Shown piece by piece: positions 1 to 11,100 of a DNA stretch of 64,000 nt; position 1 is the stretch's first letter; each line of letters starts with the position of its first letter. The position numbers and the translations under genes are program-made. The DNA comes from Eledone cirrhosa (Eukaryota). Below the pieces are notes generated by a model. The model was not told the DNA's origin. It made no database searches and saw only the letters and a program-made list of their open reading frames with translations. Location of the stretch: positions 186,620,001 through 186,684,000 of the forward strand of contig OZ024743.1 of the NCBI GenBank assembly GCA_964016885.1, written 5' to 3'.

Positions 1-365
1 GTCAATTTGATTTGTCGGACTTAAGCCCACAGGATTCATTGACTTGTTTCTATTTTCCTCTCTTTACGTTGCATTACTACCATGTGTTTGTTTCCTTCCC
101 TCTGTTTTCCCACTGTCCCGATAACTTAATTGAGTTATCGCTCGCACTGATTTTAGGTATCTAGTCTTTAATGCGTCGAAATACCAATGATAATCAGCAG
201 ACTACTGATGAGGACATTTTATCTTTTGGTCTATTTTTATTCATATACAACACAGCATGCCATTCTTCATTTATATATATATATATATATATATATAAGT
301 TATTCCGGGTTGAATCGGAAGTAACCACAGTAAGTAAGGTACTCAATACATAGCAGAGTATATAT
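1..365. mobile_element. Probable retroelement terminus (possibly Penelope-like) carrying the hammerhead, abutting (TA)n
   Basis: CpG-containing structured sequence (hairpin CGATAACTT-aatt-GAGTTATCG 119-140) running into (TA)n at 272-297. Hammerheads are established features of Penelope-like terminal repeats. No coding homology is visible in the window. Confidence 0.3.
147..218 (+). ncRNA. Putative hammerhead ribozyme with non-circularly permuted strand order
   Basis: Core CTGATGA 205-211 and GAAA 178-181; cleavage triplet ATC 159-161. Stem III GGTAT 156-160 pairs with ATACC 181-185. Stem I TAGTCT 162-167 pairs with AGACTA 199-204. Stem II G212-C177, G213.U176, then CATT 215-218 with AATG 170-173. 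Confidence 0.7.
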
Positions 366-739
366 ATATACAGAATGAGAGAGAGAGAGAGAGTCTGTGT
401 GTGGTTATTTATGTGCATGCTTCTAACAGCACATTATGTGTTGGACTATTTATATGATAAAAGTTTTACTTGGAACAATTCAATTTTGATAGTACTCAAA
501 AATGAACGTTTCAATATACTAAACTTTATCTAAGTAAACTGTTTACAAATTTCAGGTTTAAAATGTTATTTGATTGTAATGAAATCTGGCAGTTTTTCCA
601 TTATTCTTTCTGTACATTAACATTAATAAGCTGCCATATTTCAAATGGTACAAAAATCACTTTATAGATGTTTATTCATGTGTGTATATGTGTCTATGTT
701 CACACTTGTATACACAAACACACACATACACAAGTATGT

Positions 740-824
740 ATGTTTGCGTATATATACATATATTGCTAAGTATGTATGTATTATATGTATGTATGTATAT
801 ATATGTATATTATGTATTCATGTA

Positions 825-916
<92 letters not shown>

Positions 917-965
917 TATATATATGTATATTATGTATATATATGTATATTATGCATTCATGTGC

Positions 966-1001
<36 letters not shown>

Positions 1002-1070
1002 GTATATGTGTACATATATGTATATATATATATGTATACACATACTAACACACACACTCATACATACACA
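740..1070. repeat. (TA)n / (TATG)n compound microsatellite
   Basis: Direct inspection; pure (TA)n at about 831-912. Confidence 0.95.
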
Positions 1071-1539
1071 TTTCTTTCTGTTGAGAAATGCAGGCTTAAA
1101 ATTCTCTTTCTGACTTAATAAAGATTTCTTTTAATACCAGTAAAACTGTAATGTAGTTTCTTTTTATTTTTTTGTAAGGCTTGTTTTGTTATAAAGAGAA
1201 ATATATTGATTTTTATGTTTCAGCTAAAACTTAAAGAAACGAACAGAAGTCTATGAAAATTGAGGTTGCAAAGTCACATCAACACTGTTCTTCAAAAGTA
1301 AAGATTATTCCTAGTTTACGCTCCAATTACTATGTTTTAGGCCTGTCAGATTTGCAATAAAGAAAAACAACAAATGGAAGGAAGTATGAAATTAAATGAA
1401 CACATGAAATACTATTAGGAAAGAAATGGCAGATAAATATTGAAATAGAAATGGGATATTTTATTATGGCCTAATTAATACCGATTTTTAATTTTGGCAC
1501 AAGGCCAGCAAATTTTGGGGAAGGGAAGTAAGTAGGCTA

Positions 1540-2008
1540 TCGTCAATTTGGATTTCATGCTAACCTTTACCTATGGTCATGGGTTTTGGGTAATGATCAA
1601 AAGCATACAATCACGAATACAAGCAGCCAAAATGGGATTCCTCCGAAGGGTCTTTCGAGTAATGTTACTCGATAGAGTAAATAGCTCGGAGATCAGAGAG
1701 AGTCACTCCAGGTAGAGCTGCAACTACTCCGAATTGAGAGATCACAGCTCTGATACCACAGGCATGTGACTAGAATGTGTCAGGAAAGAATCGCGAGACA
1801 GATTTTACAGGCAAAACCAACTGGCAAGAGTCCCAGGGGTAGACCCCAAGCAAGATGGTTGGATAACATCCATGATTTTGGCTCATCACGCTTAGGGATC
1901 CAGCAGGACCGGTTGGAGATGATTGCTTCTGACAGGACCCACTGGAAGGAGTGTTTGAGGACTCTGACCCCACGACCTCCTAAGGAATAAATGAGTGAAG
2001 AAGAAGGG
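1540..2008 (+). mobile_element. 5'-truncated RTE-clade LINE (Expander/Rex3-like) 3' fragment
   Basis: Decayed reading LTFTYGHGFWVM..IQSRIQAAKMGFLRRV ... RMCQERIARQILQAKPTGKSPRGRPQARWLDNI; ends in (GAA)n-like tail. Confidence 0.85.
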
Positions 2009-3291
2009 TAAAGTTGATTAAATGAATGAACTTCAATACTTGACAGATATCTTATTTTTTTTAATCCTAGAAGGATGAAAGGCAAAGTTACCCACGACAG
2101 GATTTGAATTCAGAATGTAAAGAGCCAAAAGAAATTCTACTAAGTATTTGTCCAACACTCTAATGACTCCACCAATCAGTGATCCTTCTTGTCTAATCAA
2201 TAATAGTGATTGATGTGTGTACATGTTGAAACCAATTTACTGCCAAAACTGTAATTCCCTGAGTGAGATTTTGTGTTGCTTTTGAATAACTATAATGAAA
2301 ACTAGCATAAATATTAAAACAGAAATATTTTATAAGTGAGCATTAAAATGTTGTGTATACTTCTATGAATTTAAATATGATGTTGAGACAAACTGGATGG
2401 AATCATAAAGTCAGTTCTTTGTAATGGATTTAAAGTCAATGACAGAAGACCAACAGTGGAAATGCAGAAAGAGAATGGCAATCATTTGTAAAGCAGCATT
2501 TTCACAAAACCTGTTATTCTACTGCATATAGGCAAATGAAACAAGGTACACTGATGTAAATGTCCTAATCAGAGATGAAGCTGTTAGTTATGAAATGGTT
2601 TAACCTTTTTGATACCAAACTGCATGAAACTGCTATTGTAAAACAAAACTATTTTAAAGTGTTTATATTTACCTAAAAGTAACCTTCCATCATAATTTTA
2701 TATAAGAAACCTTGTTAAACACCAATTAAAAATGAGAAAGTTAGTTATATTACTAAATCTCTCTAAATTCATGATTATTTTTCAAATTAATATGGCAACA
2801 AAAGAAGTAATCACCCAACCCTTACATTCAAATCTAAAATAACATTTGCCAAAAGTATTATTGGCAGTGGTAGTAGTAATAGTAGTAGTTGAACTCCAGC
2901 TCAGCTGACATAATCAAAAGCATTCCAGTCATAACAATTCATATCTGTTTTACAGAAACAGTGTATAATATAAATCTATTCTAATGTATCCTTCATTTTG
3001 TAAGATAGTAGGGTGTTGTTTAAGAGAGATTCAGCTGATATTTATTACAGGATCTGTAAATTTGTTGAGACTCTACCCAAATGCTGGAATTCTTTTTATA
3101 AAACATGTCACATTTAAATAAGCACTTCTAACTTTTGTCTAAAATTTATAGCTACCATTAATTACTATCATTATAAGAAAGTAAGGTTAATCAACTTTGT
3201 TATTCAAATTTAATTGATTTATTTTAGACAGCATAAAGTAAAAGTTTATATAATATATAAGATAATGAGAGGAAAAGAAAACTTTAGGAAA

Positions 3292-3636
3292 TCATTGGAG
3301 TAATGTTACGAGATAGAGCTCAGAGATCAGAGAATTGCTCAAGGTAGAGCTGCCACTTCTCCAAATTTAGAGACCACAGCTCTGATACTACAGGAATGGT
3401 GTTAGAATGTCTCAGGAAAGAATCGTTGGACAGATTTTATGAGCAAAACCAACTAGCAGGAGATTCCGAGGTAGACCCTGAGCAAGACAGTTGGATAACA
3501 ACTGTGAGCTTGGATAGTCATGCTAGGGTATCCAGCTGGATCATTTAAAAACAGTTGATTCTGACAGGACCCACTGGAAGGAGTGTTTGAGGAATCTGCT
3601 TCCATGACCCTCCCAGGAATATGTGGGCGAAGAAGA
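3292..3636 (+). mobile_element. Second decayed copy of the Expander-like RTE 3' end
   Basis: Colinear with 1655-2000 (gagatcagag...caggaaagaatcg...ctgacaggacccactggaaggagtgtttgagga). Confidence 0.85.
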
Positions 3637-5469
3637 TAAGTTATTGAAATCAAATATTTGACAATATATGTTTTTTAAAAGCATATCCATTTTCAGACAT
3701 AGCTTGCCATGAATCTGTCAGTATTTTAGAGCAGATATATTCTTGTTTATTTTTATTTTAGGAGACAAAATCTAAAATGTTTTTTTTACATAGATGTGAG
3801 ACTTGTTTTTTTTCAAATTCTCTTCTGAAAAGCATTAGATATAAAATATAAGTAAAAAAGGTACAGAATAATAACTAAAACCATACTGTTGATTTGAATA
3901 GCTTTTACTCTACAGTGCTAAATGTAGATAACAAGTTAAAGAACCCCAAATACTAAAAATCCAAAAGGTAATCGTTTATCCAGCCATTGTTTCCTTTACT
4001 TCACTAGTATCACTTAGCATGTTCTTTCAAACCAAAAGTTAGGAGATGTTTTTCTGGTAATCTTGTGACTTTTGAATAGTATTTCATTAAAATCATTATT
4101 AAGATGGTATTTGTAACATAACATATTGTTCTTTATAAAATTGTGTTGGAAGATATTAATTTACATAGGAACCCTTTAAAATAGGTGGTTTTGCTCTATT
4201 GGACCATGGCTGGTTTTGGGAGGAATGGTATCAAAAGAGTTAAAATAGGAAAATGTCCTTGATAAAATGTATCTGAAAAGAAATCTTTCTTTCTAGCATT
4301 GGCACAAAGTCAGCAATTTGGGGGAAGTGGAAAGCTGATTATATTGATTCTAGTACCTAAATTTCACTTTATTTTAACAACTCAAGAAAGATGGAACAAC
4401 AATTTGATATTGGCAGGATTTGAACTCAGAGTGCAGAGAACCAGAGAAAATACCACAAAGCATACTATCACATGTTTTAACGACTGTGCCAACTCACTGT
4501 CCCCATTGTTTGAAATTTAGCCAGAAGGTCTGTAGTTTTGTGGGGAGTGGAAAGTCCATTCTATCAATCTAAGTACTTAACTGGTACTTTATTTTATTGA
4601 TCATAGAAGAATGAAATGCAAAGTTGACTTTGGTAGGATTTGAAATCAGAACGCAACTAAATGATACAAAGCCTTTTATCCAAGCTCTTACGATACTGCC
4701 TAAAAATAATAAAATAGAAAATAGATGATCATGATTAAAACATCAGTGTGATCTTATATCTACTGGGGATCAGGGCTGACTTGGGGCCAAAATAATAACA
4801 CAACACTACAGTATTGAGAATATGATTAACTAAAATCTATAGCCACCCCCTCCTATTAGCATACAAAAATCTTATAAACAGAACACAAACTAAACTACAG
4901 TTTGTTTTCAGTAGAAACTATTGTGTCTGGTTTTATCTGGAAGGATAAACACTGCATATGAAAAATAATGGAAAAAACTGTAGTAAACAGATAGCTGTAT
5001 GAATTATAGAAACCACAGTTTTGAGTTTGTTGTGAATAATCTGGAATATTATTTACAATGTTTTTTTTTGTACTCATATATTATCGCTATTTATAACACA
5101 CACATATGTATGAGTGCATATGCATGTAGCAGGGAAAATGGACATTATATGATATATACACTCATATATATATATATATATATATACACCCACACTCACA
5201 CATAAGTAAGACAGACCGTATATGTCTCAACTAGAATATAAACATATATAAATCAAACCCATGCCATCTATGAATCCAAGCAAGTGCAAATCACAATTCT
5301 ATAATCAACCCTATTTACAACACTGTTACACCATATCGCATTAAGCATAAATTAAATTCAAATATGTTTACAAAATCATACTCCAACTCTCTCAGCTAAA
5401 TGATAACCAACTTGCATCAATTACTTGTAAGGGGGTGTCATATCACATGGTTTCTCTATTACTTTGCAG

Positions 5470-5958
5470 GGAGGATAATTAAAATAAGATTAGTACTAAA
5501 TAGGACAACTGTATCTATTATTTCTGCTTATGACCCCTATCAGGATTACCAGACGTTACTAAAGACAGGTTCTATGAGTCTCTAATGATGCAGTTGTACA
5601 GAAGACCTGACTACCATTGCATACAAACCTACAGTCAGTAGGCACCTCTTAACTCAATATACACCCCACCACCACACCCTACCCCACCATCCCTCTCCCG
5701 TTCCATCCACTGTGTCGATGACACAACAGTCCACACTGTAAGGTGGCTGTATAGGAGACATGGTGAACAGGCTCCCAGTCCACACTGTAAATGTGGTTGG
5801 TGCTAGGAAGGGCATTCAGCTGTAAAAAATAACCTGCCAGAGACGGTTCCGTGTGAGCAAGACATGGTCTCCCGACCATTCCCGCATCGAATGGAATAAA
5901 ACCGTCTAACCCATGCTAGCGTGGAAGATGGATGTTAAACTATGACAATGATGATGAT
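5470..5958 (+). mobile_element. Internally deleted RTE copy: endonuclease fragment fused to ORF end and 3' UTR
   Basis: RIIKIRLVLNRTTVSIISAY...KDRFYESL matches the intact element at about 8708-8821, then jumps to sequence matching about 11445 onward and the structured 3' UTR with (GAT)n tail. Confidence 0.75.
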
Positions 5959-6011
5959 TATATATATATATATATATCCAGATATATATATATGTATCGA
6001 GATCGAGATCG

Positions 6012-6272
6012 TGTAGGTGTCATGAGAAAAAAAACACAGTCCACGCTGTAATGTGGTTGTGTAGGTAACATGGTAAAAAGTTCCCAGTTACACACTGTAA
6101 ATGTGGTTGGTGTTAGGAAGGGCATCCAGCCGTAGAAAACCTGCCAGATAGTCCTATATGAGCGACACACGGTCACCCGACCAACCTTGCCTCAAGTGGG
6201 ACAACTCCCGTCTAACCCATGCTAGTGTGGAAAGTGGACGTTAAACGATGATGATGATGATGATGATGATGA
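6012..6272 (+). mobile_element. Stand-alone copy of the RTE 3' UTR cassette and (GAT)n tail
   Basis: cacactgtaaatgtggttggtgttaggaagggcatccagc...ccgtctaacccatgctagtgtggaaagtggacgttaaacgatgatgat, similar to 11560-11779. Confidence 0.85.
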
Positions 6273-6384
6273 TATATATATATATACATACACACTATGT
6301 GCAGGGGGTAGGTAGAAACTCAATTGTGTGTCCCAAATGCAAATTATAGGTACACAAATGTTTCTCAATCAAGATAAAAGGCAA

Positions 6385-7452
6385 GCTATATTATGCCTGT
6401 GTGCAAACTACATGGAAGCGAAACATGGGCACTGTGTGCCAAAGATCTACATAGATTGGAAAGAAATGAAGCCTGCATGCTCAGATGGATGTGTAACAGT
6501 AGTGTGCATAAATGGCGAAATGTAAATGAACTGAGAGTGAAACTGGACATAAGAGGGATCAAATGCTGTGTGCAGGTGAGAAGACTGGAATGGTATGGGC
6601 ATGTGATTTGCATGAAGTATGACAGCTGTATAAAAAGGTGCAGGGCACTCAAGGTTGTAGGGTGCCTTGGAAGAGGAAAACCTAGGAAGATATGGGATGA
6701 AATGATAAAGGCTGATCTGGCACAGCTGAGCCTCATGATGGAGATGACATAAAACTGAGAGCTCTGCTGCTACATTGTACAACAGGTCTGAGTCAACAAC
6801 CCAGTCCAGCCCACACTGTAAATATGGCTTGTGCTTAGGAAGGACATCTGGCAGTCATGAAATCTCATGAAATGTGAGCAACACAAGTCTCAGTGTGGCC
6901 AACCTGCCAGACCTCCCTTATAACATTCCCACTCAGCTCCCATAATATGAGTCCATTATGAACAGGGTCAGTAGGGCCAAATGGCCAGAGCCTCCTCATA
7001 ATAGGATCACCCAGTTCCACACTGTAAACCTAGTTGGTGTTAGGAATGACACTGAACAGCCAAAATGTAGCCCAGTATGAGCAAGGTATGGTGTGGCCAA
7101 TTTGTTAGACATGCCTCATAAGTGGCACCACCCAGTCTCACATTCTAAATGTGGTTGGTGTTTGTAAAACCCCAGCAAAAATGTGCATGGTCTGGTGCGG
7201 CCAGCTGGCATGACCCTCCCCATAATGGAAATGTGTGTTGCACACTGTAAATGTGGATGTTGTTAGAAAAGGCATCCTGCAGCTGTAAAATTCCTCAGCC
7301 AAAGCACAAGCCCCACTATGAGCAAGGTTGAACATGGCCAACTGGCCAGATCTACCTCATTACAGGTCCACCTAGCTCCTTAATACAAATCTGCTTATGA
7401 GCAAGGTAAGGCACAGCCAATTGGCCAGGCCCCTCTCATAACAGGACCACCT
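6385..7452 (+). mobile_element. 5'-truncated RTE 3' ORF fragment followed by a tandemly expanded 3' UTR
   Basis: ORF 6393-6752 LHGSETWAL..DLHRLERNEACMLRWMCN..IRGIKCCVQVRRLEWYGHV is close to the C-terminus of the intact ORF; repeated UTR modules at 6800-7452. Confidence 0.85.
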
Positions 7453-8186
7453 GTATATATATAGGTGTGTGTGTATGTTTGCATGTCTGAATAAATTTAT
7501 TTGTGTTATCGAACCTTTCTTTCTATTCTTTCATTTCAAAGTGTTTATGTTAGAAACTAAAACTCCCATTGTTAATGAATTGCTGTGTTTTCTTTTACAT
7601 CAATTCCTCTCCACAGTAATATAAAGTAGCAAAATACCAAAACAAGCGTAAGCCACGATTATGTTTAAGAGGATCTACTTATAACAAGATAAATGACTAA
7701 AATAATAACCATGGAAATAATTTGGAAAAGTAAAAAATTCAATGTCAAATTTTTTTTCTTAGAGTGAAGGGCCCCCAAAATCTGATCATAAAAGCACAAT
7801 ATATTATCTGAATATAAAGTTCTGAAAGTTTTAAATTAGGTTAATTTTTCACACAGAATTTATCCCAAACTATACAGCTCTTAACATCTTCTAAAGCAGC
7901 CAACCTTTAGAAATTAGTCCTTGGCTTTCTTCTTTAACTTATCATAATGCACACATGCATACACACAAACACACACATAAATATACAAGCATGCATACAT
8001 GTATATGTGTGTCACAGAAATATACATGCACATATACATCTATATGTGTGTGTGCATGTGTGCATAACAAAGTCGGTTTATTGCAGAATTTAAGCAGAAA
8101 CTGACATTTTGGTCCTATCCTCATCACTGATTTTCATTCGAAAAGCTAACACACACACCCACACAAAAACACATACACACACACCT

Positions 8187-11100
8187 AGCATGCCATTTCC
8201 ACTGCTGCTGCTGCTACTACCTGCCTAACTAACTCTCTCCTCCTCTGGCGCATCCCAACACACCCTGCCATTACCCCACCACCACTGTCCTTCTAGCCCT
8301 CAATTTTCCCACCGTTAGGGATGGATGAGCTGGGAATACACGAGCAACTCTGAATCAATAGATGAAATATGAATCTGCGAGCTACCAAGCACCCACGTGA
8401 AGCGCCAACCCAGAGACCCTCCCCTACGAGTGTCGACAAATGCCCAAAACTCCGAGTTGGTACCATCAATGTAGGCTCAATGAAAGGAAGAGCAGGAGAA
8501 ATCGTAGAAATGCTAGAGCGAAAGGAAGTTGATGTATGCTGTGTGCAAGAGACTAGATGGAGAGGAGGGTCTGCTAGAGTCCTTGTAGGAAAAAGCCAGT
8601 GCTACAAATTTTTCTGGGTGGGAAATGACGATGGGATGGGTGGTGTAGGTATACTATTAGCTGACAAGTGGGTAGATAAAGTAATCTCAGTGTACAGGGT
8701 AAATGCAAGAATCATTAAACTCAGACTAGTCCTGAATAAGACAATTACCACAATAATATCAGCTTACGCACCCCAATCGGGGCTGCCAGACGAACTTAAG
8801 GATAGGTTTTACGAGTCCCTAATACACACTACTGCTCTAACAGACGACAAGGACTTCCTAATCATTGCAGGAGATTTTAACGGACACGTAGGTAAACACT
8901 GCGATGGCTTCAATAGAGTACATGGAGGCCATGGAGTTGGCACAAGGAATGAGGAAGGATTCAGACTTCTAGAATTCTGCGACGCCAATGACATGTCGAT
9001 ATGTAACACAAACTTTAAAAAACCCGACAACCACCTGATCACCTATAGATCAGGGGAGCACTCTAGTCAGTTAGATTTTATCCTCATCAGAGGACGTGAC
9101 AGATGGACGGTCGTAAACACAAAAGCCTTCCCTAGTGAGGAATGTACATCCCAACATAGCTTAGTTGTCAGCGACCTCACGGTCAGAACTAGACGAGCCC
9201 TGAAACAGAGGCCAACCTGGAGAAGAAAGATCTGGAAGCTGAAAGTCCCCTCAACCAGTAACAGATTTAAAGATATTTTACTCAACGCCTACGACAGTAA
9301 AGAAGAACAGATAGAGACATTTAACGTAGAAGAGAACTGGGAGTTCCTAAAAAATAACTTACTAGAGGCGACGGATGAGGTTTGTGGCTGGAGTAAGACC
9401 TCAAGCAGGAGGAGAGTGACTTGGTGGTGGAACAATAAGGTAGATGAAGCAGTCAAGGCCAAGAGACAGGCATGGAAAGAATGGAAGAACGGGGGGAGCA
9501 GGGTACATTACATAGAGACCAAGAGGGAAGCTAGGCGACAAGTATACTTAGCTAGGAGGGAAGCAGAGGATAGAAAATTCAAGCATGTTTTACAACGTGA
9601 GGACCAGAAACAGGAGGTATTCAAGATTGCGAGGCAGTGTGTCAGAGATAGTTGTGATGTCATTGGAGAGAAGTGTATCCGGAATGATAAAGGTGAGCTT
9701 GCCCTCACAAGTGCTGAGAAGAAAGATGCATGGAAGAGTCATTATGATAGATTACTAAATGAGGAGAATGCATGGGAAGAAGAGACCCTACCCCACGTAG
9801 ACCCTATAGAGGGACCAGCAGTACAAGTCAGCGGCAGCGTAGTAAGTAAGGCAATCAGAGATATGAAGATAGGGAAGGCAACCGGTCCATCGGGTATAGC
9901 TGCCGAGATGCTGAAGGCATCTGGGTCTGTAGGTCACACTATAACCACACGTATCGTTAACCAGGTAATACTAGAGGGGGCCATACCAAAAGATTGGTGC
10001 AGTAGCATCATTGTCAACTGCTACAAAGGTAAAGGCGATGCACTAGATAGAGGAAACTATAGAGGTATAAAGTTGATGGACCAGGTCATGAAAGTAACAG
10101 AAAGAGTTATAGCACAGCTGATTAGGGACCGGGTGAATATAGACGAGATGCAATTTGGGTTTGTTCCAGGGAAAGGCACCACTGATGCGCTCTTCCTTGT
10201 GAGGCAATTACAGGAAAAGTACCTAGCTAAAAGTAAGCCACTCTACTTGGCATTTGTCGACCTTGAGAAAGCCTTTGACAGAGTTCCACGTGCAGTAATC
10301 TGGTGGGCTCTTAGAAAACTAGGAGTAGATGAATGGCTTGTGAAAGCGGTACAAGCCATGTATAGGGGAGCAGTCAGCAAAGTTAGGATTGGCAATGAGT
10401 ATAGCGAGGAATTTAGCGTACAGGTTGGGGTCCACCAGGGCTCTGTTCTTAGCCCTCTCCTGTTCATCATAGTCCTGCAGGCAATAACGGAGGAGTTTAA
10501 GACCGGATGCCCATGGGAACTCCTGTATGCTGATGACCTCGCACTCATAGCTGAATCTATGGTAGAACTAGAGAATAAATTCCAAACCTGGAAGCAGGGA
10601 CTAGAGAGAAAGGGCCTCAAAGTCAACATGACAAAGACTAAGGTCCTTATAAGTAGACGAGAAAACAGAACCCAGATCCCCTCAGGGAAATGGCCTTGCT
10701 CAGTATGTAGGAAAGGTGTAGGTAGGAACTCCATTCTTTGCCCCAAATGCAAACAATGGGTACACAAGAGATGTAGCGGGATCTCAGGAAGCTTAATTAA
10801 GAATGTAGGATTCACATGCAGCAGCTGTGCTGAAACAGCAAGCAAACAGCCACAGGAAACAAGTACCACCAATCTCTGGGAGGGCCCTGTAGAAACAGTA
10901 GACAGCTTCTGCTACCTAGGTGACCGAATTAGCAACGGAGGTGGGTGCTCAGAAAGTACAATAACTAGGGTAAGAACGGGATGGAAGAAGTTTAGGGAAC
11001 TACTACCACTGCTAGCTGCAAAAGGCTTCTCCCTCAGAATGAAAGGCAGACTGTATGATGCGTGTATCCGAACAGCGATGTTGCATGGTAGTGAGACCTG

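Noticed and set aside
645-1118. ORFs rich in YI/CV/HT dipeptides (also near 12019-12372, 16882-17133, 18061-18577, 24529-24971, 34092-34320, 42035-42387)
   Set aside because: Translations of (TA)n/(TG)n/(CA)n microsatellites, not genes.
8187-8368. HDV-like ribozyme in the RTE 5' UTR (known from some RTE elements)
   Set aside because: Could not identify the nested double pseudoknot by eye.
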